Part shown: positions 36,250 to 48,589 of the stretch, piece after piece
Layout of the letters: each line of letters begins with the position of its first letter
Position numbering within the stretch: the first letter of the stretch is position 1
NCBI RefSeq assembly: GCF_006345805.1
Contig: NC_043006.1
Location: 72,478,001 to 72,542,000 of the forward strand
Length of the DNA stretch: 64,000 nt
Source of the DNA: Octopus sinensis
Taxonomy: Eukaryota
Direction of reading: 5' to 3'
Translations under genes and position numbers: made by a program
Notes under the pieces: model-generated
The model's input: only the letters and a program-made list of their open reading frames with translations
Told to the model about the DNA's origin: nothing
The model's database searches: none

Positions 36250-37191
36250 TATTGTTCAGAATCTGTCCTTTTTATTTCAAGGTATAGCTTGATGTCGTCT
36301 GCATATTTCAGCACTGTGGCATTCTTTAAGTTAGCATCTATGTCATTAATGTATGCAACAAACAAAAGGGAAACCAAGAACAGATCCCTGTGGCATACCA
36401 GATGACATACGATGAAGGATGCTGTCTTAGAACTGTGACTACCTCTTTTCAGCTGAGAATGAAGGACTCTGACCAGTTAAAAACATAATCTTTCACACCC
36501 ATTACAGAGTCTTTTGTGTGGCACAGAATTAAAAGCTTTAGCAAAGTCAAGGTAAACAACATCCACCCATGAGCCACCATCAGTGACCTGGGTGATGTCT
36601 TCAAGAAACTTGATAAGTTGATCGCAGCAGCTGGAGTTAGGGATAAATCCAAATTGTGAGGGCCAGAGAAGGCTGTGAGAATTCCAGAAGTTCCAGAGAT
36701 TTCTTTGACACTGGATTCCATCAGTTTGCCAATGCAGCTAGTAAGACTGACTATAGTTGACAGGCAATGTGTGGTCATCCTTTTTGAACAAGCAATGACA
36801 CTGACAGTTTTCCACTGCTCTGGAATAGCACCGTTGTTAAGACAGAATTGAAAGAAGAGTGAAAGCTACTGCAGAAGAAAGTACCCACATCTTTTGCGAA
36901 GCATGTACATAACACCATCAAGACTAAGAGAGGCATAGTTGAGATTTTTCTTATGGTGACGTTGCATTGCAAGCGTAAATTCCATAGCTGTTATAGAATT
37001 TGATGTCAGAGGTGGCGGAGATGGTACATTTTGGTTTTCAATGGTAAAAACGCCTGCATAGCATTCAGCAATGAGTTCTGCACATTCTTTAAGGTCATCA
37101 GTAATCTGGCTTGTGTGGGGATTGCGAAGGGGACCAACTGGAGAGTGAGGTCTCAGCTTTGAATGCACATATTTCCAGAACACATTATTGT

Positions 37192-39984
37192 TAGGCAGAC
37201 ATCTAAACTTGCTCTAGATTTTTTTTTTTTTTGTGACCACCATGTAGCAACTACATGAAATTTTGCACAACGGGAGAGAATGAATAACAACCACGCAAAC
37301 TCATCAAGTGTGAAAAGTGCGCATTAATGAGTTATCATGCTTTTAATATTTTATAATTATGTCTGTTGCTCTCTTGGGAAACTAGGCCAATGGCTTGTGT
37401 AATTAGACTACTTTTTTGTTATGAAGGAAAGATTGTGATGTACAGAATGTTGAAACAAATCTGATTTTAGAATAAATAAGATTTTGAACTTAAATTTACA
37501 TATTATTAGAGGGTCTTTTTCTTGGTTTTTACTTGAAATATTTTCATTTACTGAGACCCATTTGCAAACCATTTAAATTAAATGGGAAGTGGGTTATGAA
37601 GGGTAAATTTTGTCTGACCTCTGAAGCATGTCAAATGTTAAGAAATACATTTAGTAATCTTTAAAAATAATAAAGATGATGATGATGATAATAATGACAA
37701 TAATACTTGTAATATTAACAAGACCAAAGAAACTCATCATTTTTCTCTCGTCTCCCTCATCCCTTACACTTTTTTCTTCTGCCCTCAGCCTCTTCTCTCA
37801 TACCCATACCTCTATCTCTCATGCTCTCTCTCAATTTCTTGAATGCATGCATACACACGCACATACACATACATGCACACAGACACCCCCTCTCTCTCAC
37901 TCCACATCTCTTCATTCCAAACAAAATTTTGAGAAATGATGAAAGTATCCACACATGTAATATTGGTACCAATCTGCTTTACTATAAGTAACTTCGACGT
38001 TTGGCATATGTGACATAAAAGAGTTATTGATATCCATTTTCAGCTTGTCTTCATTAATAATACTTTATGTTGGTAGCTTATTAATGATTGCATAAATTGA
38101 TTCAAATAAATTCAAAGGTCCCAAAACAGTTTGTTATATGACCAGGTTGCATAGTCCATGTACAACATGTTGAATGCACTTCATACTTACATCTGGCCAT
38201 CATTTCAAAGCTAATTGTGTCTAAGATCATATACATTTTCAGTTACTGCAGGATGAAAACTTTACTATAGAGGTAAATGTCTGTAAAAAAAAATATATTG
38301 TGGGTTTAAATATGTGAATTCACTACCACTTTTGTACTCACTGGAGAAGGGACAAACTATACTTGTAATGAGTTACAGTTGGAATTGATGCATGAATGCG
38401 AAAACAAATGAAATTGAAATTTACAGATAATCCAAGTGAACATTCGCATTTGAGGTGAGCTCTCACACCTCTAGTCTTCTTCCTCACTGTCTGTATCATC
38501 TTCATCACTTTCCACATCAGTTCCTACTTGAGATAAATTTTGGCAATTAATACATCTACACAGATCTGTGCAGGTTACCTTGTGCTGTCAACATGAGCAC
38601 CAATCCTTTCTTTCACCTTTGGATTACTCAGCTATTCTTCTTGCAACTGCATTAAGTAAGCTCAAGCAGAGCACTTGGTGCAGGTGGAAGGTCACCCCAC
38701 ACTACCTCTTTAGTGGTATCTGTTACTTTCCATCCATGGTTGTGTGGGCTGGGGATACTGAGAAACTGTTCAAGACATCTGGTATGTACTCCTGCTTGGT
38801 AGTTTGCCCTCTTCAGATGTTTCACCATGGCATCATGTGTGGGAGGCATGTTCATCTCTGCTTTAGTCCCCATCAAGAAATTGTTATACCATGCTGTATG
38901 TACCAGACCATCTTCTACAGAGAATGTTGCACCAAATTGTTAAAAGGCTACTTGAAAATCAACAGATTCAGTTATGAGCTTCATGGCTTTCTTCTTAGAC
39001 TGGCCATAGAAACAGCTTGTTGAGTCACAGCCTGTAAAACAGTGAAGGCTGATGAGGGCATCTGCAACACTGTCTCTGAGATGATTTCATATAGCTGTTT
39101 GACAAAGTGTATGCTTGTTGTTGCCTCTACCAGTGTGAAAGAGTAGCTGGGCCTGGATTTGATGAGCCTTTGCTATACCAATAACGAAAACATCATTGTC
39201 TGTGCTCTTTATAATGGTTGTTGGTGTACTACTTGAAGCCAAAGGGAGAAATGCAGCAGCATATTGACAATGCAAGAACAGCCTGGTGTCTGCTTCTTCA
39301 TGGTTGCATTCAAGTTCCTTCACAGCTTGTATCTTGACCGTGCCATCTACATTCTGCAGCAAATGACATTCTTCATCATGAGCCATGACAACTTTGACAT
39401 CAAGAAGCAAGGTTGGGTGTTCTTGCCACATCTTGACGAAGAACCTTCCAGTTCCACATTTCTTTTGCATACATCGTCAAATTCAACAAGCCATTCTACT
39501 TTTTCTGCGATGACACTTTCTGGATGATTTTTAAATTCTTTCCACAATGTAGCACACTCTTTGAACTTGTTGAAACTTTCCTCTGAAAATGGGAGAACTC
39601 TTCTGTGAGTCTTAATCACATGCTTATAACAAAATCCTGAAGATTTCCCCTCAGAATCATCTGCATCAGAAGACAACAAACATAACATGTGTGCCACCTT
39701 CTTGTGCTGTGTGTGGTGAATACAATGAGGCATATGATTGGTTGACATAGGAATCATCTTCCAAAATGCAAATTAAATGACCATGCTGGTTGGTTTACGA
39801 TTATTCTAAAAAGTTAATTGTTTTTCACACATTTTCTCAATTTTCTATAAAATGTGCAACTTTTACGCTTATCAAGTTTGATGGATGACTTTTATTATAT
39901 TTCTAAATAATACGTGAGAATTTGAGGTAGTTGCCTGATGGTGGTCTCAAAAAGTCGGCGTTTAGGGATTTGCATGTCAACCTA
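37192..39984 (-). mobile_element. AcademX DNA transposon, internally deleted (2793 bp), inserted in CR1 ORF2
   Basis: TAGG..CCTA termini with ~140-bp imperfect TIRs and a 3-bp TSD TGT (37189-37191 / 39985-39987). Remnant XPG-like nuclease motifs HEEADTRLFLH, STD(N)DVF, GCDSTS.FYG and PPT..HLKRANYQ, plus a C-terminal Cys cluster (CSCKK..CTDLCRC.NCQN-like) at 38470-39757. Confidence 0.85.
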
Positions 39985-40619
39985 TGTCAGGGTTGGTTGC
40001 TATACGCTGTTCAAATTCAAGCACTGCCCTTTTTGTTACCTGCTTGAGGTGGTTGGATGATTTATTGCACTTTTTTCTATTTATATCTTATTTATGCAGT
40101 TTGTATTCCCATTCAGCGTTGCAATGTTCTTTCCCGGCAAGTCAGACTGCTGCAGTCTTCCAAATTGCACTTTTGGGGTGTTTTTTGTGCCTATGCAGTA
40201 CTGATACTGCGCATGCTGTCCATATTGAATTCATATGCTGCCCATATTGAAAACAACTCCAAGTAGAAGTGTTGACATGGTCATACATATATTGCAGAAA
40301 AATACTTCTTGTTGTGATTGGTTCAAATCAACAGAAGGAATTGCTGGAAAGTTTGAATGAATGTAGATCATCACACCACCACCACCATGATTAATGCAGC
40401 CTTTGCAAAACAAGATGTAGCCAACTATGCTGAAAACTCCATCACAGATTAAAGAATGTGCCCATGTTTCCATGACTGTAATGAAATTGAGGTCAATACT
40501 TTTGACATAAGAATCAAAAATATGTATCGTGTTGCACAAACTACGAGCATTTAAGGACAACAATTTGTACCTAGATTTCAGTTTATGATGATGTGTAGGG
40601 GATGGCAAATTGTTCTGAT

Positions 40620-41351
40620 TTAGTTTCCCACAGTTTTTTCATTGGCAGCTATTGTGGGTACAGTGTGTTCTGACCAGCTGGTATCTCTTTTCCATGTTTC
40701 ACCAGCCTTAATAAACTTCCATATCTGCCCATCATCACGTAGGCTGAAGCTTTCATGTTGTGCTGAGTTGTAATTTAAGGAAGCTGTAGCACATAACTTT
40801 GGACTTACATCAGGTGGTAGGCCAGAGCATGTTCTAAAGGTAATCCTATTTTCACACCTAGCTTTATCAGAGGCTAAAAGGTATGAAAGTGCCTCAGTAG
40901 AGTTTGAAAAAGACAGCCTGATTAGTCTGGGTTTCAAACCTGTTTGGCAAAGGTGGAGAGCACCCTTCGGAGGAGTACAGCTTAGGTCTTTGGATGAGCT
41001 GGTGGCAAATGCCAGAAGGTCAGCTATGTTCTCTGATACACCAATGGCAATTACTTCATGGTTGACAGATTCAGTGGCTTTGTCGATGCATCTAGATTCG
41101 GCAAGAGCTACAGTGAGATTTTTTAACCAGGCATACCAATAAGATCCCTCATTGTGGGGTTCCACATGAATGCTTAAAGCAGAAATCATTTGTTGTATTT
41201 CTGCAAACTCTGTATTGATGGTCAATTTTTGTTGTTGTTCTTCTTCAATAGGAATGGTAGGGGAAGACACAGACATCAGTTGTTGTTGAGAGGTGGTGGG
41301 AGAGGAAGACATAGGATGATGTTCTTCAACAGGAGTGGTAGTGGAAGCCAT
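40620..41351 (-). CDS. CR1 ORF1 protein (243 aa; low-complexity N-terminus, coiled coil, RRM/CTD-like 'VIAIGVSE...KPRLIRLSFSN...RITFR')
   Basis: Uninterrupted frame from the ATG at 41351 (open back to 41399), ending 12 nt before the EN-coding frame. Confidence 0.7.
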   Translation of the reverse strand: MASTTTPVEEHHPMSSSPTTSQQQLMSVSSPTIPIEEEQQQKLTINTEFAEIQQMISALSIHVEPHNEGSYWYAWLKNLTVALAESRCIDKATESVNHEVIAIGVSENIADLLAFATSSSKDLSCTPPKGALHLCQTGLKPRLIRLSFSNSTEALSYLLASDKARCENRITFRTCSGLPPDVSPKLCATASLNYNSAQHESFSLRDDGQIWKFIKAGETWKRDTSWSEHTVPTIAANEKTVGN

Positions 41352-43984
41352 GGTGGTCGGTTTTTGCAGTTGTTCAGTAGCAATGGTAAAGGAAAACACA
41401 AGTGTTTTTGTTGTTGCTGTTCAACAGCAATGGTAGAGGCAGATACACAAGCCAGGCACTGAAAGGACCTATTGTTCTACCTGTCAGTCTATATATACAT
41501 AAAGACTAGATTTGGGAATAAACCCCACTTCCATGGAAAATATATTTTGTGATAAATTTTGTTTTGGAAATTCATGTGTTTCAGAGATGTAATTCAGAAA
41601 CAATATTTCAAAAGCAAAATTTAGAAATACAATAGCTACAGCAGGTTGTTTATGCAGAAATAAAGTGAAGGCAGCTGGGAAAAAAAAAGGGAAATATTAA
41701 CATGTTTAAAAAAAAAAATTTTTTTTTGGCAGAATTGTATGCTCTAATTTCCTAAAATAGAAATATGTAGAAATTCTTGAAAAAGAAAAATTTCAAGGAT
41801 GCCAAAACAAACCTACACACAAGTGTGTGTGTGTACACACTGTCTCTACTAATATTTTATATATAAGTATGTGTGTGTGTTACTATCTCCTAATTTCGTT
41901 ATCTCATAATCACATGTCTGATCATAAGGGAAATATTCACTTGCCTAGAAACAGGTGAGAATTGCTAACAGGAAGGGCATCCTGCCATAGTAAATATGCT
42001 CCAATAAAGTTCCATTTGACCCATGTGTTCATGGAAAAGTGTATGTTAAATTAATGGTTTTATATATATTTTCCAAATTAGTTACCATACACAGAACTCA
42101 GTATCAATACTAAATACAATCTCTTTAAGACATAGCTTATATGTTTGATGTAAATGATGTCGAGGAGATGTATGTAACTCTTGGTATTTTGTTTTTTCTT
42201 TTGTGTGTGTGAGTGTATACTACATTGTTGAATGTGATGGTTAGATGTATTTTGATATTAGTTGAATTGTGGTGTTATGAGTAAGAAGGGAAATAGATTT
42301 CTTAGGTATCACCTTAAGGCTGTTGTTGTGGAGCTAGATTTCTTAGTGATTTAAGCAGGGTTGTGTATACTTTTTAGAATCTTTAGTCTACAAATTGCAA
42401 AATAGACTTGTTGTACTGGTGCCCACCCACTAAAACTACCTTTGATGCTTTCTGAAGTGGTTGGCACTGGAAAAGCATAAAGTCATAGAAACCATACCAA
42501 AACTGAAACATTAGAGCATGCCACAATTCTCAGACTCATGATTCTGTCACAATCAAATGTAAAAGGATGATGATGATGATGTGTGTGTATCTTTGTAGCA
42601 CAGCTATAGTTGCTATTTCTATGTTTCTTCATATTTATTCTGGACATAATGCCATTTTACTAACTGCAAATGCAGTGACCAAAATATTTTTGTCTATAAC
42701 CTCAAGATATCTAAATAACCTTCTTGTAAATATCTGACCATATCATGATATTCAAATGTCATGCCAAATAAGTAGATATTCTCCGATCTTGCTTCCCTTT
42801 CTACAAGAACTGGTGGCAATTTATTGTTCATTGACACACATTGGATTCTATTTATTTTTACTGACTGATAATTGAAACTCTCTTTCGCTAACTCATGTTA
42901 ATTAGATATTAATTGGTCAAATTTCACAAATTTGAAATTGTTTTAGATAAATATTCTATAAAATATTTATATCATGCGGATAATTTCTGTTAGTTTGAAA
43001 TAAATTATTTATAAATATATTGTTCTTTTATATTATGCTAATTGTTCTGTGGCTGACTGGTTAGTCATGTAAATGCTAAAATAAATTAATGATGCCAGCA
43101 AAAAAAAAAAAAAGACTGATAAACACAGGAAGTAATCTACTGCCATTGTAGTGTTCTTGGATTGTTAAATAATTGACATATTTTAAGACCTCATTCTGTT
43201 TAATCTCTTTGATACCATCCTACCTAAGTATGCTTCTAGTTTTATCAATAAAAACTCTCCATTTTAACCCTTAAACTGCAAAATTAAATTTCATGGTTAT
43301 TCCAGTAATGATGTTAAATGTTTGCCAAAAGTAGAATTGATATTCTCTACAAGTCATGTTGCCTCAAGTAAACTTGACAGAGCTCAACAAAAAATTAGTT
43401 TCAAAACATGACATTCCTCTACAAAGGATAATGAAATTTTGAGTAGATCTAGATCTGATTTCCATAATGACAGGGTTCAAGTGTTTTCATCTAAATTAAA
43501 ACCTTCTGAAATAATCTTTTTAATGCAGGAACTTTTTGTTACATTACTACATCCCTCCACCCACCAAAAAATTCTTTATTTTCTAAATTTAATTGAAATA
43601 CTTAAGTGATGTCTTTTGTTAGAAATATTGTCACAAATGGTTTTGACTCAAAACATTCAGCATTTTAAAATTTTGATTTCTTTTCACAGAATACTTTGTT
43701 GACTCCAAGCAATATTCTTTCATCCCTTTGTATTGTCAAACTTGAAGTATTCAGTGCAAGAACCACTTCCATTACTGTGAAACTGGTTTTCAACCTTTTG
43801 TAACTTAGTATCCCCTTTCACCAAGTAATATTTACAAATTTTTACACCCAGTTCCCCATGTTTTACAACAATAACATTTGCTGCTGCTGCTAATAATAAT
43901 GATAAAAATAATAATAAATGAATAACTCAAATTTCCCAGAAAACTGTTTTATTGGAGACATGCTCAGAAACTACTTCATTGGGG

Positions 43985-44372
43985 ACAGTGACGAGTTCTG
44001 AGATTGTCGCATAACCAGCCCATTTAAAAGTGCCCTTCAATTGTCGGGCAATATGCTGTGCTTGAGAAGACCTATTGATTCAAGTGAGACTATAGTCGAT
44101 GCCAGTGCCACTTGACTGGCACCCATGTCAGTGGCACATGAAAAGCACCATTCAGGCGTGGCTAATGCCAGTGGAACATAAAAAGCACCATTCAAGCATG
44201 GTCGATGCCAGTGCTGCCTGACTGGCTCCTATGCTGGTGGCACGTAAAAAGCACCAGGGCATCCAGCTGTAGAAACTTTGCCAGATCAGATTGGAACCTG
44301 GTGCAGCCTCATGGCTTGCCAGTCCTCAGTCAAACCACCCAACTCATGCCAACATGGAAAGTGGATATTAAA
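43985..44372 (+). mobile_element. RTE-tail SINE (family B)
   Basis: GGCATCCAGCTGTAGAAACTTTGCCAGATCAGATTGG body and decayed GATGAT tail. Confidence 0.7.
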
Positions 44373-45719
44373 TAATTTGGATGATAAGTATCATAGAAAT
44401 CCCTGTGTGGCCCATAGCAGGTTATTGTTCATTTTTGCAGTATTTGATGGACCAAGTGAAATGTTTAACAACATAAGTAAAGTAAAACATAAAATAAAGA
44501 AAAGCTAATTTTGTGTAAATCTTTTTCTTTTTTTTGCATAATTCCTTCTGGCATGCGTCTCTTTTTAGATATTTGCATGAACTAAAATAGTGACCCCTAT
44601 GTTAAATTTTTATGGAAATTACTAGGAGTGAGGGCATGTAGTGAAATTAGATTGAACCTCGTGCATCATCAATCATTTTTGTTCATTGATAATACAATAA
44701 TATTCTACTCAAAATTTTTTCTTTTCCTTTTTTTTGAAAATGTGTTTAAAATATAAAATTTGGACCTGCTCTAAATATTTTGTTTCTAAAATTCACCCTT
44801 CCCTCCAAGTACCTAGAATCTCACCCCCCACTCAACCTTCAAGGAAACACTATTACCCAACTTAAGATCAGTTATTATAATACATCTGTTTACTTAAGCT
44901 GTTTGCCTTTCAGAACATCTCTGCTCTCATTAATGTAGATCATCATAATGTAAAGAAAAAATAATGTAAAAGAAAGACAATCCAACAAATCAATGAATCT
45001 CTTTAGAAAGCTGATAAGCTTTTTAGATAGGTTACAAATTGATTGAAGACAAGACTATAACTCATTGTGCTGTCCTCCATATTGTTTCCCTTGAACTTCA
45101 TGTTATGTTTACATTATCAATTCATATAGTGTGTTCTTCCATTTTTTTTATTGATTGGAAAATGAAAATTGTTTTATCAGTCATACGTTTTTTTTTATCT
45201 AAATCAGTTCAAATAGACATGTATGTCTCCCTCCTCCACTTATTCAGTCTGTCACAAATAATAGAATTTACTCTGACTATATTAATATAATATTACATAC
45301 AGCGACAGTTTTTATCAGATATTTTAATGTAAATGTTGTCTGACATTTTCACTACATCAGCTCAGAGGAAAAAGTAATCAACAAGATTTGACAGTGATGT
45401 TTGTAGACCAAGTTGGATCCAAGATCTTTTCATATTCTCTACATAAGATTCTTCAGCTTCACATATTCCTTTAGACTACAGATGAGTAAGCCAATAAAGG
45501 AGTTTCTATGTAGTCACCCAACTTGTTAAGAGTTAGATGTCACTCAAATTACACCCTACTATTTTAAAATGGATAATGTAGTCCTTGATTCTGTTTTGTT
45601 TTGTGTTTTAATTTGGTTTGGGTGAAGGATTTGTGCTATAGCTTTTGCAGGACTTCAGACTTGTGAGATTGATTCTATATATATTCTACCTAAACTGTTG
45701 TGGGTTGAGATTTGTGGAA

Positions 45720-47035
45720 AAGACATGTGCAAAGAGGACATCTAGAGGGTTTGGTGGAGTTGGATGCAATATATGTGATGGGAGAAGAGAAGAATGAATC
45801 GAAAGTGTTTGAGAGGTAGAATGAAACCAGTCAGATCTAAAGACCTGAGGTCATTATAGTAACAGCAGAAAAGACTGGGAGATGTGATGGTACATTTGGG
45901 ACAGCACGAAGATTGGAGTGTGTTTGTAAGTGACTTCATACCAGTTAGGTGAGTGGCTTTTCTCTGGACAGAGAGCAGCACCATCTCAGATGAGGGAGAG
46001 GTATATTATTATGTAGACCGCTTATACTTGAAGTAGTCAGGAGAGATTCTCAGTGATAGCAATGGCTCCAGTTGCATGTTAGTCATGTTTAAAGGGAGTG
46101 AGTTGTGATAGAGTTTTCTTGATGTGTACAGAATATAGAAGGTTAGGAGGCATCAGGGTAAAGACCCCCTTCAGTCAGGAATGCCCATGGGATTGCACCT
46201 AGAAAGTTGCCATCTGAGGCACAAGTCCGGGCAATGTTGTTTGTGGAAGACCAGCAGTTACCCTTGCATACCAGCCTTCTCTACTCACACCTATGATTTT
46301 ATCCAAGGGGAAGGCAAAGGCCAATACAGCTTGGCACCAATGACATCACAACTCATTTCTACAGCTGAGTGAACTGGAGCAACGTGAAATAAAGTGTCTT
46401 GCTCAAGAACACAACACACAGCCCAGTCTGGGAATCGAACTCACTACCTCATGATTGTGATCCTGATACTCTAACCACTGAGCCATGTGCCCTCACTTAA
46501 GGAGGACCAGAGGGAAATATTATCTGTACAGGAACGGGTGTTGTTGGAGATGATGCCAAGTAAATCATTAATGTAATGGAAGAAGAGCGTGAGGGACAAA
46601 ACTGAATGCAGGGTTATTATAGTGTGGGTCAGAGAGAGTTGTATCAGCAAGTCTTACAACGAAACGCTCCCAATCCAAGAAATATGGGTGAAGCACTTGT
46701 AAGGGCAGTTTTGACTGGAGAATCATGTCAGAAACAGTCAAAAACTTTGTTGTTGAGAAGAGAACAATACTACTTTTAACCAAATTTCTCAAAAATAACA
46801 ACCTACTGGTGAATGATATGGGAAAGTAGGTCATAAGTCAATTTGGTTATATGAAAGCTGTAGCAGTGATTATTAAAGAGGGAGAATGATGAAAGGTGTT
46901 AGAGAAAGATATTGTAATTGGCTGTCTCTGTTGCCTTTGTGTTGTTTGAAGTGAATATGATGGGAGAGTGTTTGGGAGATATGCAATAGGTTGCCTCTGA
47001 TCATAGCTCTTTTTAATCGGGGCTAACGTGAGGGT
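45720..47035 (-). mobile_element. CR1/Jockey-group LINE RT fragment, heavily decayed, interrupted by a SINE
   Basis: PIKKSYDQRQPIAYLP, DLLSHIIHQ, SVLSLTLFFHYINDLLG...CTDNISLW (YADD region) and SVQRKATHL...SLFCCYY. Confidence 0.65.
46170..46497 (-). mobile_element. tRNA-derived SINE (family D), well preserved
   Basis: Box A TGGCTCAGTGG and box B GAGTTCGATTCCC, followed by CTTGAGCAAGACACTTTATTTCACGTTGCTCCAGTTCACTCAGCTGTAGAAATGAGT. Confidence 0.85.
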
Positions 47036-47538
47036 AAAAAAGGGGGTAAATGATTACTTTATAAATTTTAACACTTACAGCAAATTTGGGAGATATGCAG
47101 TAGGTTGCCTCTGACCATGGCTCTTTTCAATCAGGGCTAACGTGAGGTTAAAAAAGAGGGTAAATGATTATAAATTTTAACACTTACAGCAAATTTGGGA
47201 GATATGCAATAGGTTGCCTCTGATCATGGCTCTTTTCAATCAGGGCTAACGTGAGGTTAAAAAAGATGGTAAATGATTACTTTATAAATTTTAACATTTA
47301 CAGCAAATTTGGGAGATATGCAATAGGTTGCCTCTGACCTTGGCTCTTTTCAATCAGGGCTAACGTGAGGTTAAAAAAGATGGTAAATGATTACTTTATA
47401 AATTTTAACATTTACAGCAAATTTGGGAGATATGCAATAGGTTGCCTCTGACCTTGGCTCTTTTCAATCAGGGCTAACGTGAGGTTAAAGAAGAGGGTAA
47501 ATGATTACTTTATAAATTTTAACACTTACAGCAAATTT
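46971..47538. repeat. Minisatellite: 5 tandem units of 114 bp (one 109 bp)
   Basis: Unit starts TTTGGGAGATATGCA at 46971, 47085, 47194, 47308 and 47422. Confidence 0.95.
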
Positions 47539-47696
47539 CTACTTGGTGAATAATTTAATAGCCCTGTCTTTGATTGCTTTCTACACAAATGCAAGTTAAA
47601 TGTTTTCTAAATTTATTCTATTTTCAATTTTCAAATTATTTACTTTCGATTCATTTTTTATATTACTACTGTTTTTATAATTTTTCCCAATTACAG

Positions 47697-47763
47697 GATG
47701 ACGATGCTGATCCAATATTAAGCAGCTTTTCTCAGCTAAAAGATGTGCTTAACACAGTGGCAG
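47697..47763 (+). CDS. GBF1: GBF1 coding exon 2 (DDDADPILSSFSQLKDVLNTVA)
   Basis: Polypyrimidine tract plus ttacag acceptor; donor GTAAGT at 47764; 67 nt, phase 0 to 1. Matches GBF1 'DPLL.SF..LKEVLN'. Confidence 0.95.
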
Positions 47764-48589
47764 GTAAGTCTGTCTTTTGTATTGAGCAGATCTTTGAGGA
47801 CAATAACAATTTATTCATTTCATCTCATTTTGTATTATCTCATCCATCAAGCTAAGCTGAACATTATATACAAACTGATACTAATTATTTTATGTGGACT
47901 CTTTGATCTTCCTCCTGCCACCTTCTGTTACAAGCTAATGATGGAATCTCTACAGAGTCATTCAACCTGCTAGAAATGGCAGCTAAATCTCCCTCAATAA
48001 ATTTTTTATAAATATAATTTTAAAAATTGCACTTCTGGTTCTAGTCACTCTATATATAAAATACTTAGCAACTTTTTGAAGCTTCTTTTTTTGTATATTT
48101 ACTAGAAAAATTCAAGACTAATGTTAGTCATTGATTTTAATGTGTATTTATTTTCTCAATTTAAATTTTAAATATTTTGTATATCACCATCTAATGTCTG
48201 TTTTCCATACTGGCATGGATTGGACTGCTAACACCTACTATGCTGTTAATATAATTTTACTGTAACTTCATAATTTTAATCTTCCAAAGGGCAATATATG
48301 ATGGCCATGTAGTTTAAGATGTTGAGCACTTTATTGATGATTCACTGGGTCAAACCCTCTCATTGTATTGTGTTTAGTTGGGAATTATGTATCTATATTC
48401 CTCTTATAAATATGTGTTTGGAGGAACAATCAAATGTAAAACAATTGTTTAAAGAAAACACATAAATGTCTTCACTTTCAAACATTTCCAGTCCTTCTTA
48501 ATCTATATATATAATAAAAAAGAAAGAATAATAATAGACAGGTGTAAATAGGCAAAATACCCACTGGTTGTTACATTTGAAAGTCTGAA

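Larger units (their letters stand above)
34115..41500 (-). mobile_element. Near-full-length CR1-type LINE (ORF1 + EN + RT + 3' UTR) with internal deletions and two nested DNA transposons
   Basis: ORF1 at 41351-40620; EN LSLNARSL...VMETW...GGGVMIY at 40608-40231; NNVFWKYVHSKL at 37190-36870; PQGSVLG and YINDI...YADDIKLY at 36400-36250; QSNLDTIQQWITDWQFKLAVDK at 35008-34900. 3' stem-loop GTAGTGC-ACTTGA-GCACTAC and (TTA)n tail near 34115-34165. The 5' end is approximate. Confidence 0.9.

Noticed and set aside
38568-39023. 151-aa plus-strand ORF (also 39984-40250 and 41190-41462)
   Set aside because: Antisense shadows of Academ and CR1 coding sequence; no recognisable motifs.
46420-46497. tRNA-like sequence with A and B boxes (also the heads of family A/C/D copies)
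   Set aside because: The acceptor stem is incomplete and the sequence runs straight into a repeated SINE body. These are SINE heads, not tRNA genes.
46971-47538. Regular repeat array resembling CRISPR
   Set aside because: Units are contiguous and near-identical with no unique spacers, there are no cas genes, and the context is eukaryotic intron.
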